This document shows positions 19,308 through 30,454 of a stretch of 64,000 nucleotides of DNA, one piece after another; within the stretch, counting starts at the first letter, position 1, and the number at the start of each line of letters is the position of its first letter. Location: assembly GCA_020720785.1 (NCBI GenBank), contig DYOA01000001.1, positions 195 to 64,194 of the forward strand, given 5' to 3'. The DNA comes from Leptospira biflexa. GTDB taxonomy: Bacteria > Spirochaetota > Leptospiria > Turneriellales > DYLW01. The notes beneath the pieces are model-generated. The model had not been told where the DNA came from and did not search any database. It saw nothing but the letters and a program-made list of their open reading frames with translations. A program made the position numbers and the translations under genes.

Positions 19308-21263
19308 TTAATCCAGGAAGTCTCTTAACCTCCGCGTCCGGGTGGGGGTCCGCAACCGCCGCAGAGCCTTCGCTTCAATCTGGCGGATACGTTCCCTGGT
19401 CACTTTGAATACATAGCCCACCTCCTCCAGAGTATGGGTATATCCATCGTCCAGACCAAAGCGCATACGGATGACTTTCTGCTCGCGGGCGGGCAGGGTG
19501 GCCAGAACCAGTTTGATCTGGTCTGTGAGGATGGCCTGTGCGGTGGAGGCAATGGGACTGTCTGCCCGCTTGTCTTCCACAAAATCCCCCAGCTCGGAGT
19601 CCTCATCCTCTCCCACAGGAGTTTCCAGCGATACCGGATCCTTGGCTACGCTTTTCACCTGCTTCACCTTCAGTGCCGGCCATCCCAGTCTTTCCGCAAT
19701 TTCCTCATCGGACGGCTCCTTGCCCGTTTCCTGGGTGTACATCCGAATCTCCCGGTTTACCTTATTAATCTGCTCAATCATGTGGCTGGGAATCCGGATG
19801 GTCCTGGCTTGCTCTGAAATGGAGCGGGTGATGGCCTGGCGTATCCACCAGGTGGCGTAAGTGGAAAATTTATACCCTTTTCTGTATTCAAATTTCTCCA
19901 CAGCACGCATCAGCCCGATGTTTCCTTCCTGTATCAGGTCAAAGAACTGCATACCCCGGTTGGCAAAACGTTTGGCAATGGAAACCACCAGGCGCAGGTT
20001 CGCGTTGATGAGCTCTTTTTTTGCCATTTCGATTTCTCTTTGTCCCTGGGTAATTTTCTCACCCCAGGACAGAATAATCAGAGTGGGGGAACCAGCTTCC
20101 TGCTCCATGCGGCGGAGCTTTCTTTCATTGTTACGGATATCCTTGATAATATCTTTTACATCCTCAATGGAACACCCCATCTCTTTTTCTACATATTTCA
20201 GCTCTTCATTTCTTTCTATGAAACGGTTAAATGCCTTGATTCCCTTAACATCATGACCGTATCTCTCTTTTAACCGCAGAAAATGGCGTTTGATCTCCTT
20301 GATACGGAAAACCATGCTTTTTACCTTGTTCACATGCTTGGCCAGCTCTTTCTGGGAAACCCCGATCTTAACCATAGACTGGGATGCCTCGTATTCCAGA
20401 AGAAGAATTTCCGCCCAGATATCCTGGTGTTTATTGCTTTTATGGGTGTATCTTTTTAACTTGGATTTCAGATTCTGGATTTTCTCATCGATTTGGATAA
20501 TGGGCTGCATGTTTGCCATGAAGTTTTCATAGAGTTCTTCCTGCTCCTTCATGCTGATGTAGTATGTCTTGGAAGCCCGGCTGATTTCCGTGATTTTCAT
20601 GGATTTGTTTTTTATCTTGGGATAATACCGGATAAAAGAATTTCTCAGAAGCGAAGACCGTAAAATAGCATTCTCAATGATCACCTCCCCTTTCTCAATC
20701 CCTTTAGCCAGCTCCACTTCCTTGTCTCCGGATATCAGGGATATTTTGCCAATCTCTTTCAAATATAAACGTATGGGATCATCTGCCGCAGAAGCAGTGG
20801 GTTTGGATGCCTTTTTTGCCTTCCCACCCGCCGGCTGGTACTCCGGTTTCTGGAGAAGCTGACTCAGAGTTTCAATATTGTAACCCTTGCTCATCAACTG
20901 GATAGCCAAATCCTGTATGGTTACCCCCTCGCTTTTTTTGGCAACCTTTACCTGGTATCCCTGCTTCTCCAACTCGTTGATGAGAGCCTCTGTCACCCGT
21001 AGCCTGCCCATGGTTTCAATATTTATGGCAGTGTCTTTCCGGGCATTCGTCTGGAGCTTTTTACTTACCGCCTTCCGGTCATATTCTTCCACAACATCAA
21101 TTCCGTACTGATTTAAAAGGATAAATACATCGTCTATTTTATCCGAATTGGTCAGCTTTTCCGGTAAAATGTCATTAATCTGGTCGTATGTGATTTCCCC
21201 GTTTGTTTTACCTATATGAATAATTTTCTGGATTTCCGGTAGTTGTTCAAGTTCCATTACCAA
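19308..21263 (-). CDS. rpoD: RNA polymerase primary sigma factor (sigma70/RpoD)
   Basis: Region 2 [39 protein letters not shown]; region 4.2 [27 protein letters not shown]. Confidence 0.95.
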   Translation of the reverse strand: MVMELEQLPEIQKIIHIGKTNGEITYDQINDILPEKLTNSDKIDDVFILLNQYGIDVVEEYDRKAVSKKLQTNARKDTAINIETMGRLRVTEALINELEKQGYQVKVAKKSEGVTIQDLAIQLMSKGYNIETLSQLLQKPEYQPAGGKAKKASKPTASAADDPIRLYLKEIGKISLISGDKEVELAKGIEKGEVIIENAILRSSLLRNSFIRYYPKIKNKSMKITEISRASKTYYISMKEQEELYENFMANMQPIIQIDEKIQNLKSKLKRYTHKSNKHQDIWAEILLLEYEASQSMVKIGVSQKELAKHVNKVKSMVFRIKEIKRHFLRLKERYGHDVKGIKAFNRFIERNEELKYVEKEMGCSIEDVKDIIKDIRNNERKLRRMEQEAGSPTLIILSWGEKITQGQREIEMAKKELINANLRLVVSIAKRFANRGMQFFDLIQEGNIGLMRAVEKFEYRKGYKFSTYATWWIRQAITRSISEQARTIRIPSHMIEQINKVNREIRMYTQETGKEPSDEEIAERLGWPALKVKQVKSVAKDPVSLETPVGEDEDSELGDFVEDKRADSPIASTAQAILTDQIKLVLATLPAREQKVIRMRFGLDDGYTHTLEEVGYVFKVTRERIRQIEAKALRRLRTPTRTRRLRDFLD

Positions 21264-21320
21264 GATTCCCCTTTCTATATAAGATTTTTATTTTTTTGAC
21301 GAATTTTCAAGGAGGCTACC

Positions 21321-21348
21321 ATATTATAAAAACCAATCAGGTTGTAAA
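21321..21348 (-). promoter_or_regulatory. Sigma70-like promoter candidate for rpoD (TTTACA-N16-TAATAT)
   Basis: Hexamers read on the minus strand about 50 nt upstream of the rpoD ATG. AAAGGGGAA SD lies in between. Confidence 0.3.
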
Positions 21349-21400
21349 TATAATCATAAACTGTTATTCTGGCGAATTTATTGACAATTTTTTGCAATAT

Positions 21401-21631
21401 TTAATGATATATCGTGTGCTCTTCACTGGATTTCATGTTTATGGCCGATAAAAGGTTCTTTGCATCAATTTCATATCCCATCTGCGATGCGGTCTCAGCA
21501 TAAAATACGATAACCTTCTTTAACCGCTGCGTGGCCCATTCCCGCGTGGGCCCATAAGAATGTACGTCCAGCTCCGGGCAGCTTGCCACAAATTCCCCTT
21601 CTTTTTCATCCACTTTGATTGTCAAGTCCAC
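21401..21631 (-). CDS. HicB-like (UPF0150) antitoxin-fold protein, solo
   Basis: 76 aa. The pattern ..EKEGEFVASCPELDVHSYGPTREWATQRLKKVI.. matches the HicB N-terminal domain. GTG start; no hicA-sized ORF either side. Confidence 0.5.
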   Translation of the reverse strand: MDLTIKVDEKEGEFVASCPELDVHSYGPTREWATQRLKKVIVFYAETASQMGYEIDAKNLLSAINMKSSEEHTIYH

Positions 21632-21696
21632 ACTACATCTTCGACCGAACCGGGATTTTTTGAAGAATTATTCATCGCAATGGGATGCCACTATTA

Positions 21697-21725
21697 GGTG
21701 ACAGTCACCTAAGATTATGTCACAT
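21697..21725 (+). repeat. Composite repeat copy a: GGTGACAGTCACC-taag-ATTATGTCACAT
   Basis: Perfect 13-bp palindrome plus 12-mer in the divergent spacer between the hicB-like gene and the 21818 gene. Confidence 0.8.
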
Positions 21726-21784
21726 CAGACCAGGGATGCTCCTCTATAAATTTCTGATCGTGCAAATATTTTTTAATAAAAAAA

Positions 21785-21811
21785 TTGAAAAATTGAGCCG
21801 GTTTTCATAAT
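21785..21811 (+). promoter_or_regulatory. Promoter candidate TTGAAA-N15-CATAAT ending 6 nt before the ATG (leaderless-type)
   Basis: Hexamers read directly. No SD lies between the -10 and the ATG at 21818. Confidence 0.3.
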
Positions 21812-21817
21812 TCATCC

Positions 21818-22420
21818 ATGGAATTGATTGTTATCTCAATATTTTTCTTTATTAACACGTTTCTGGTGTTACTGGTGAATTACTACCGCCGGCTTTTCAC
21901 ACAGGATAAGAATACCTTTGAGCGGGATGAAATTACCGATTTCAAGCAGATTCTGCTTTCCTCCTGGAGCCGGCTTTTTGAAAAAGAACCACTCCCTTCC
22001 TATGGAGGATTAGCCATTGGGATTTTTCTGGGGCTTCTTTTTTCCTATATGGGTGGTGCCTATGGCCGTTATTATGAAAGTTATTTTTTTCACAGTGCGG
22101 TTATCCCGGTTCTCTGGTATTTGGGGTTGCCCTATATAAAAGAAAAAATATCCATTTCCATGGAAGAAAATTTTATTAACAGGATTGTGGATAAAGATAT
22201 TACCTTCTTTTTTGGTCTTTCTGTGGTTACCGTTTCCTCCTCTTTTACGGCCTATGGGATCTACCATGCAATAAGCTTTCTCTGGGTTTTTGCTAATGGT
22301 GTGGGCATTCTGGGACTCCTCCTCTTCCGGATTTACCGCGAGGAAATGGACGCACGGATGATAGAAGAAAGTCTGACAGATTTCACCCGGGGCGATGGGA
22401 ATCCGCCATCGGGGGGTTGA
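21818..22420 (+). CDS. Hypothetical integral membrane protein (200 aa)
   Basis: 4-5 hydrophobic helices. No recognised family. Bracketed by palindrome copies a and b. Confidence 0.5.
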   Translation: MELIVISIFFFINTFLVLLVNYYRRLFTQDKNTFERDEITDFKQILLSSWSRLFEKEPLPSYGGLAIGIFLGLLFSYMGGAYGRYYESYFFHSAVIPVLWYLGLPYIKEKISISMEENFINRIVDKDITFFFGLSVVTVSSSFTAYGIYHAISFLWVFANGVGILGLLLFRIYREEMDARMIEESLTDFTRGDGNPPSGG

Positions 22421-22429
22421 CGATATAAA

Positions 22430-22477
22430 GTGACAGTCACCGCTTGAATGGTGACTGTCACCTAAAAATATGTTGAC
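22430..22477 (+). repeat. Composite repeat copy b: GTGACAGTCACC-gcttgaat-GGTGACTGTCACC-taa-AAATATGTTGAC
   Basis: Two palindromes with centres 21 bp apart, followed by a degenerate 12-mer. Lies between the 3' ends of the 21818 gene and lepA. Confidence 0.8.
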
Positions 22478-22654
22478 CCCCACCCCGGCAGTGTATGATT
22501 CCAACATGAAAAGATTCCCACCTCTTCCCCGCAGACCGTGTCCTCCGGAACGAATATTGCGATGCAAATAGCGACGGTTGCATTAAGTGGAGGTGATCAT
22601 GTTGAGGTGGTTCTGGCCACCATCAAGTACCAGGAAAAATAGTCCCAAAAATAA

Positions 22655-24478
22655 TCAGGATTCCCGGCTTTTCAGGGCTGAAAGGAACGCTTCCTGCGGG
22701 ATTTCCACTGCCCCCACCATTTTCATGCGTTTTTTGCCGGCTTTCTGTTTTTCCAGCAGTTTTCGTTTCCGGCTGATGTCACCCCCATAGCATTTGGCAA
22801 TCACGTTTTTCCGCAGGGCGGAGATATTCTCTCTGGCCAGGACACGGGAGCCCACAGACGCCTGCAGGGCAATCTGGAACTGGTGGCGGGATATTTTGTC
22901 TTTCAGAGCGGCAATCACTTCCCGTCCTCTGCGTTCGGCAAAATCCGTATAGACAATCATGGAAAGGGCATCCACTTTATTATGGTGCACCAGAATATCC
23001 AGTTTCACCACTTTGCTTGGCCGGTATTCCGCAAACTCATAATCCAGAGAGGCGTAGCCTTTGGAGACACTTTTGAGGCGGTCATAGAATTCAAAGATCA
23101 TTTCTGCCAGCGGAATGAGATACACAATCTGCACCGTGGTGGGATCCAGATAGGTGATGGCGTTGTTTTCTCCCCGTTTTTCCTGGAGCAGATTCAGAAT
23201 ATTTCCCAGAAACTCTTCCGGGGTGATGATATTGACTTTGACATAAGGCTCTTCAATCCGGTCGATGACGGAAAAATCCGGAAAATGTGCCGGGTTATCG
23301 ATGACCATTTTTTCTCCGTGCAGGGGATATACATGGTACTTCACGGAAGGGGCGGTGGTCAGCAGGATCACCCCAAATTCCCTCTCCAGTCTTTCCTGTA
23401 CAATTTCCATGTGGAGCATTCCCAGATAGCCCACCCGGAATCCGGAACCCAGGGCTTCGGATGTTTCCGGCTCATAAGTCAGGGCCGCATCGTTCAGGGC
23501 CAGTTTTTCAATGGCTTCCTTGAGGAGTTCATAATCTTCCCCGTTCACCGGATACAGACCGGAAAAAACCATCGGCTTGATGTCCCGGTATGACAGAAGG
23601 GCTTCTTCCGCCCCGTCATGCACCGTGGTGAGGGTATCCCCCAGCATCACTTCAGAGACATTTTTAATTCCGGTGACCATGTAACCCACCTCTCCGGATT
23701 CCAGGGATGGGGTGGGGAGCAGGGTGAGCTGGGCAACCCCCACTTCCGTGACCACATAGTCCGATTTTTTTCGCATGAAGCGGATGTGGTCATTTTTATG
23801 CAGAGTTCCATCCATGACACGGATTTTTCCGACCACCCCCCGGTACGAGTCATAATAGGCGTCAAAGAGGAGGGCACGCAACCGGGAATTTTGGGCCGGT
23901 TTGGGAGGCGGTATCTGGAGGACAATCTGCCGCATCAGTTCATCCACCCCCAGCCCGGATTTGGCGGATACAGCCACGGACGTTTTGGGGTCCAGTCCCA
24001 GGCTTTCCTCAATCTGCTTTTTTACTTTATCAATATTGGCCGATGGCAGATCAATTTTATTGATGACGGGCATAATATAAAGATCGGATTCCAGTGCCAG
24101 GTAAAAATTCGCCAGAGTCTGGGCTTGGATGCCCTGGCTGGCGTCGATGAGCAGGAGCACGCCTTCGCAGGCGGCCAGGGAGCGGGATACCTCAAAGCTA
24201 AAATCCACATGCCCCGGAGTGTCAATTAAATTAAAAAGATATTTCCCGCCGTCCATGGAATAATGGAAGGACGCGGAATTGGATTTGATGGTTATGCCTC
24301 TTTCCCGTTCAATGTCCATGGAATCCAGAATCTGATCCTTCTGGTTCCGGGAGTTCACCAGATTGCCAAACTCCAGCAATCGGTCTGCGAGCGTGCTTTT
24401 GCCGTGGTCGATGTGGGCAATGATGGAAAAATTCCGTATGTGTTCCTGGGGGATATTACCAAACGCCATGGATTTCAC
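22655..24478 (-). CDS. lepA: Elongation factor 4 (LepA)
   Basis: GTPase motifs [21 protein letters not shown], plus the LepA-specific C-terminal domain. Confidence 0.95.
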   Translation of the reverse strand: MKSMAFGNIPQEHIRNFSIIAHIDHGKSTLADRLLEFGNLVNSRNQKDQILDSMDIERERGITIKSNSASFHYSMDGGKYLFNLIDTPGHVDFSFEVSRSLAACEGVLLLIDASQGIQAQTLANFYLALESDLYIMPVINKIDLPSANIDKVKKQIEESLGLDPKTSVAVSAKSGLGVDELMRQIVLQIPPPKPAQNSRLRALLFDAYYDSYRGVVGKIRVMDGTLHKNDHIRFMRKKSDYVVTEVGVAQLTLLPTPSLESGEVGYMVTGIKNVSEVMLGDTLTTVHDGAEEALLSYRDIKPMVFSGLYPVNGEDYELLKEAIEKLALNDAALTYEPETSEALGSGFRVGYLGMLHMEIVQERLEREFGVILLTTAPSVKYHVYPLHGEKMVIDNPAHFPDFSVIDRIEEPYVKVNIITPEEFLGNILNLLQEKRGENNAITYLDPTTVQIVYLIPLAEMIFEFYDRLKSVSKGYASLDYEFAEYRPSKVVKLDILVHHNKVDALSMIVYTDFAERRGREVIAALKDKISRHQFQIALQASVGSRVLARENISALRKNVIAKCYGGDISRKRKLLEKQKAGKKRMKMVGAVEIPQEAFLSALKSRES

Positions 24479-24505
24479 TTTTCCGGAAGACGCTGCGGTG
24501 GCTTG

Positions 24506-24817
24506 TCATGATGCTTTCTGGTTGTCAGTGGTGGCAGGTTTTGGGGATTCCGGCGGTTTTTCTCCCGTGGATTTTTCGGGGGAGGATGCCGCAGAGGTTT
24601 TCCCGCTGGACGCACTGGTTCCGGAATCATTTTGCTTGTTTTTATAATCCGTCACATAAAATCCGCTGCCTTTAAATACAATCCCCGCTCCCGCCCCGAT
24701 TTTTTTGGTGGCCGGTGCACTGCAGTCCGGACAGTGGATTTGCGGGCTTTCCGTCATTCCATGGAAGATTTCAAAAACATTCCCGCAGGAGGTGCATTTA
24801 TAGTCGTAATTGGGCAT
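24506..24817 (-). CDS. FmdB-family zinc-ribbon protein
   Basis: MPNYDYKCTSCGNVFE...HCPDCS (CxxC...CxxC) with a Ser/Thr/Pro-rich tail. Met at 24817 is preferred to the track start at 24850. Confidence 0.8.
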   Translation of the reverse strand: MPNYDYKCTSCGNVFEIFHGMTESPQIHCPDCSAPATKKIGAGAGIVFKGSGFYVTDYKNKQNDSGTSASSGKTSAASSPEKSTGEKPPESPKPATTDNQKAS

Positions 24818-24892
24818 GAGCCAAAAAAGGTTTTTTTCACATGCGGTCAACCAAATTCATTTAGGGAAGCCCCAAAACGGGAATTTCCAATT

Positions 24893-24958
24893 ATGCGACA
24901 TAATCCCGGTGACTGTCACCATTGAATGCGACATAATCCCGGTGACTGTCACCAAATT
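24893..24958 (-). repeat. 33-bp tandem direct repeat (2 units), each with 12-mer ATGCGACATAAT + ccc + palindrome GGTGACTGTCACC
   Basis: Units at 24893-24925 and 24926-24958 are identical over the first 28 nt. Palindromes at 24908-24920 and 24941-24953. Confidence 0.9.
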
Positions 24959-24968
24959 CGATGGCAAC

Positions 24969-26120
24969 TCAGGTGGTGTAGTAGGCGTTGATTTTCACAT
25001 ATTCTTCCGTCAGGTCGCAGCCATAGGCCCGGAAAGAACCTTTGCCCACTCCCAGATCCACAGTGAGGCGGAGTTCGGAGTTGGATTTCAGGTATTCATG
25101 AAGCTGGTCCATTTCTGCGTCCTTATAGTGGCGGGGTGGTTTTCCCCAGAATATTTTCAGTTTATCCGGGTTTACTTTCACGTCCGGAGTTTTTCCCACG
25201 GCCATGAAAATCCGTCCCCAGTTGGGATCTCCCTGATAGATGGCGGTTTTCACCAGAGGGGAGTTGATGATGCTTTTGGCTATTTTTTTAGCCTCGCCGT
25301 CATTTTTGGCCCCGTTGACATCGCATATCAGCATTTTTGTGACGCCTTCGCCGTCCGTGACAATCATCTTTGCCAGGGCAATGGCCATTTTATTGAAAAC
25401 CCGTGCGAATTTTTTCACGCTCACCGGGCCGGCCATGCCATTGGCCATGAGGAGTACCGTATCCGATGTGGACATATCTGAGTCGATGGAAATGGCATTG
25501 AAAGACATATCCACCCCCCGCCGCAGAATTTTATCCAGATCTTTGGAGGAGATATCGGCATCCGTAAAAAAGTATGACAGCATGGTGGCCATATTGGGTT
25601 CAATCATTCCGGAACCTTTGGCCACTCCCACCAGAACGGCATCGTCAATACGGGCACAGAGGTATTTGGGAACGGTATCCGTGGTCATGATGGCACGGGC
25701 AAAATCCCCATAGCTGAATGTCCCCGGTAGTTTTGCCTTGAGGTTATCCAGTGCCAGTTTGATTTTATCCACCGGCATCCGGCGGCCAATGACTCCGGTG
25801 GAAGAGGGGAATACCAGCGAGGTTTTTTCCAGCCCCAGTTCATCTTTCACCTTTTTCACAATTTCCATCGCGTCGTCATAGCCGGGCTGGCCGGTGGCCA
25901 CATTGGAGTTTTTGGAGTTCACCACGAGGGTCTGGATGAATCCCTTTTTAATGTGCTTCTGTCCAATGAGCACGGGATTTCCTTTGATTTTATTGGTGGT
26001 GAACACAGCGGCGGCGTGGGCGGGTTTCTCCGAGTGCACCACTCCCAGATCCAGAGTGTCATCTTTGATGCCGGCATTAAAAACCACAGAGCGGTAGCCT
26101 TTGGGATAGCAGTCTTCCAT
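24969..26120 (-). CDS. argJ: Bifunctional ornithine acetyltransferase/N-acetylglutamate synthase
   Basis: ArgJ family over the full length, including the self-cleavage/active-site region NMATMLSYFFTDA. Confidence 0.9.
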   Translation of the reverse strand: MEDCYPKGYRSVVFNAGIKDDTLDLGVVHSEKPAHAAAVFTTNKIKGNPVLIGQKHIKKGFIQTLVVNSKNSNVATGQPGYDDAMEIVKKVKDELGLEKTSLVFPSSTGVIGRRMPVDKIKLALDNLKAKLPGTFSYGDFARAIMTTDTVPKYLCARIDDAVLVGVAKGSGMIEPNMATMLSYFFTDADISSKDLDKILRRGVDMSFNAISIDSDMSTSDTVLLMANGMAGPVSVKKFARVFNKMAIALAKMIVTDGEGVTKMLICDVNGAKNDGEAKKIAKSIINSPLVKTAIYQGDPNWGRIFMAVGKTPDVKVNPDKLKIFWGKPPRHYKDAEMDQLHEYLKSNSELRLTVDLGVGKGSFRAYGCDLTEEYVKINAYYTT

Positions 26121-26159
26121 ATTGTTTCCTTTAGAAGTCCCCTTCTAACCGTAAACCAA

Positions 26160-27989
<1,830 letters not shown>

Positions 27990-28205
27990 TTATCAGATCA
28001 TCGGCCAGTTTATCCATGAGATCGGAAGACAGGAACGGTTTTCAGAAAGCTGGGAGCAAGAATTATGGCAGAAGATATGCTGGTAAAACCGGATGCAAAG
28101 AAAAAACCCCGTTCAATATCAGAAGTCCGGATAATATAACCACAGAATCAGCAAAAGTGCATTCGCCTCCTTTCGGAACATCTGAATATCTGTCATTCTA
28201 ATCCG

Positions 28206-29498
28206 GTGGCCTCTTTAAACTTGGGATCTCCCGTTTCCGATGATCTATATGTGTCCATAACCACCCGGGATGAATTCCTCCAAGGAGAGAAAGAAGTAAC
28301 TTTTTTGAGTCTTCTGAACCTGTTCTTTCTGGTGAAAACCAGTGCCACGGAAATTATCTTTGATTACAATAACCGGGATTATGCCGGTATCATCCGGGAT
28401 GTCCAGAATACGGAAATTACGGTCAGCCTTCCGGGATTGGAGGAAAGCCAGAGCAGAAAAGGCAGTTTCCGCTTTGAAATTCTGAATCGTTATTATTACA
28501 CGGAGATCCTCATTGTCTCTTTTGTCCCCGGAGGATGCGTTATCCGCTTTCCCCAAGTTGTCCATTTTCTTGTCCGGCGGAAATTTTCCCGTCTGGAGCC
28601 GGATAATCTGACCATGCGTTTTATTATTCTCTATTCCCCCATCTTTGAAACCAAATATTTGGAGAAAAATCTGGAAAGCCGGTTTGGAACCTTTATGGCG
28701 GAAATACTCAGCGATGATCCTTCCATGCGAATTATTTACAATATTTTCATTGACGAAATCCGGAAGGTCTCCCGGGATTTTGAATTCCGGATGATTTATA
28801 AAAAATCCCCGGAAGAGTTATCTTTGATGGAAACCCTGATGAAGCAGGGGCAAAAACCATTTTTTATCCATGATACATCCCGGCTGGAATACTATATTGA
28901 AACTCCCTCCAAGGACAGCCTGATGAATTATTCTTCCTATTTTGAAGAGCTGAACAAAACATTGAATAAAAGAAAGGCTCTGGGAGAAATGGATACCATC
29001 AAAAGAAACGATATGAGATCCTTTCTGGTTTCTTTTCTGGCCATCCCGTACTTTATGTTTGCGGATGTGATTGGGTATCTCTATGTTTATACCAGTCAGT
29101 TTGATAAATATTTTATATCCCCTTCCCAGGCCGAGGAGTTATATCTGGCTACGGAGCTTTTCTCCTATGCCATCACCAAAATAAAAATCCGGAATTCCGT
29201 GTTCAATCCCAAAGCCACCCCCACCCGGATTATCAATATATCCACCAGCGGATTATTGATGGAGATTCATGATAAAATCCTGTTTAAATACCTCCAGAAG
29301 CATAAACGGATTAAAATGCAGCTCCACATTGAAGACCGGGTTCTGGAAATCTTTGGAGAGATTGTCCGTCACTACCAGGAGGGACCCAATTATTTTATGG
29401 GGGTTCTTTTTTTCAAAAGTGCACCGGACCACATCCAGCAATTGGAAGAATATTTATACCATTACCGGAAGCAGGAACAACTGGAGCTGGCCTATTAA
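28206..29498 (+). CDS. PilZ-domain-like protein (candidate c-di-GMP receptor), 430 aa
   Basis: YcgR-N-like start. RRKFSR (RRxxxR) about 125 aa in and INISTSGL (NxSxxG) about 345 aa in, with a GAF-like stretch between. GTG start. Confidence 0.4.
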   Translation: MASLNLGSPVSDDLYVSITTRDEFLQGEKEVTFLSLLNLFFLVKTSATEIIFDYNNRDYAGIIRDVQNTEITVSLPGLEESQSRKGSFRFEILNRYYYTEILIVSFVPGGCVIRFPQVVHFLVRRKFSRLEPDNLTMRFIILYSPIFETKYLEKNLESRFGTFMAEILSDDPSMRIIYNIFIDEIRKVSRDFEFRMIYKKSPEELSLMETLMKQGQKPFFIHDTSRLEYYIETPSKDSLMNYSSYFEELNKTLNKRKALGEMDTIKRNDMRSFLVSFLAIPYFMFADVIGYLYVYTSQFDKYFISPSQAEELYLATELFSYAITKIKIRNSVFNPKATPTRIINISTSGLLMEIHDKILFKYLQKHKRIKMQLHIEDRVLEIFGEIVRHYQEGPNYFMGVLFFKSAPDHIQQLEEYLYHYRKQEQLELAY

Positions 29499-29513
29499 TC
29501 CCCATTCCGTCCG

Positions 29514-29927
29514 TTACTCCACAGAAAGCGTGCCGTCGCTACGGACGGTGACAGTCACATTCCCGGACGGTGTGAAAACGGTATGGTTCACATAATAGGA
29601 AGTGGCTCCAAAGACAAAGAGAAACTGCGTATCTCCGGAGAAGGATGCGATACCGGACTGATTTGAGCCGTTATTCAAAGTGGTCGTGGCCACAACGGAA
29701 TCCACCGTTTTCCCCCGGATGACGCCGTCCGCATATTCCAGGTTTTCCCCTTTCCAGAGTTCATATTGAATAGCCTGCCCAAAGCTGTTGCTCACAGAAA
29801 CGGAGCCGGATTTGGATTTTTCGGAATCCAGGGCATTTTCACAGGAAAGGGAAACCAGAAGGGGAAACGCGATAAAAAGCGGGATAATGATTCTGTGCAT
29901 AAATTCTCCTTTAAAAATTATCACCAA
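29514..29927 (-). CDS. Hypothetical lipoprotein (137 aa)
   Basis: Signal peptide with lipobox LVSLSC. Last gene of a 3-gene overlapping operon. Confidence 0.5.
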   Translation of the reverse strand: MVIIFKGEFMHRIIIPLFIAFPLLVSLSCENALDSEKSKSGSVSVSNSFGQAIQYELWKGENLEYADGVIRGKTVDSVVATTTLNNGSNQSGIASFSGDTQFLFVFGATSYYVNHTVFTPSGNVTVTVRSDGTLSVE

Positions 29928-30454
29928 TCAAATATGATGGCATTCAGCGAGCTGGAGTGGGTGAGCATCCCATTTTCATTATAGCCCAGTACCACCCAGT
30001 AGTATACTTGCATATCTGTAAACTTACTAACATCCACCGGAAACGGTGTGGCAGTGAGGGGTTCCATGGGATTTCCCGGATTGCACTGGTATAAACCCCG
30101 GGATAAATCCACCGTGCGTCTGTTCCAGGAGTGGCCGGCCAGAGAGGAAATTCCCGCCAGACAGCCGGCCAGATTTCCATTCTGGATATCCGCCGCACTG
30201 GGTTCGCTGGAAAAAAACAGCAGGGAGCCATCGGCGGTGGAGGATGCATCAAAGGTAATGATGGTAGCAGAGGTCACCGTTGCCGCATTCAAAGGGGAGG
30301 TGGTTGGGATCCGCGTTTTCCCGGAGATAAAAACCGGACGGGGCTGGATACCGGAGGTCTTTTCCACTTTGGGGTCTTCTTCCTCATTGACATACCAGCA
30401 TCCCTGCAACCCGGCGATGAATATGGCCAGAAATAAAAAAATATTAAAACGCAT
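29921..30454 (-). CDS. Hypothetical lipoprotein (177 aa)
   Basis: Signal peptide with lipobox GLQGC. Overlaps both neighbours (7 and 11 nt). Confidence 0.5.
   Translation of the reverse strand: MRFNIFLFLAIFIAGLQGCWYVNEEEDPKVEKTSGIQPRPVFISGKTRIPTTSPLNAATVTSATIITFDASSTADGSLLFFSSEPSAADIQNGNLAGCLAGISSLAGHSWNRRTVDLSRGLYQCNPGNPMEPLTATPFPVDVSKFTDMQVYYWVVLGYNENGMLTHSSSLNAIIFDW

Noticed and set aside
22421-22654. A possible small RNA gene (SRP/6S-like) in the 234-bp spacer after lepA.
   Set aside because: No conserved SRP or 6S motifs are recognisable. Only the repeats, a promoter-like pair and short hairpins are present.
22587-22790. 67-aa ORF with a strong GGAGGTGATC-ATG site, antisense to the 3' end of lepA and downstream of a promoter-like TTGAC-N16-TATGAT.
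   Set aside because: The protein sequence looks like reverse-frame noise of lepA. The promoter-like signal is kept as part of the repeat finding, but the ORF is not called.
24893-24958. Could the 33-bp tandem repeat be a CRISPR array?
   Set aside because: There are only two units, directly adjacent with no spacers, and no cas genes in the window.
27990-28030. A first suspected THI-box-like string (..GATCTCATGGATAAACTGGCCGATG.. on the minus strand).
   Set aside because: It lacks CUGAGA and the pairing pattern. The genuine riboswitch was then found about 100 nt closer to thiC.
29547-29559. GGTGACAGTCACA (12/13 palindrome match) inside the 137-aa lipoprotein gene. A similar near-match, GGGACAGTCACC, is at about 54708-54720.
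   Set aside because: Both are inside well-supported coding frames (the first encodes ..NVTVTV..) and lack the accompanying 12-mer. They are probably coincidental.
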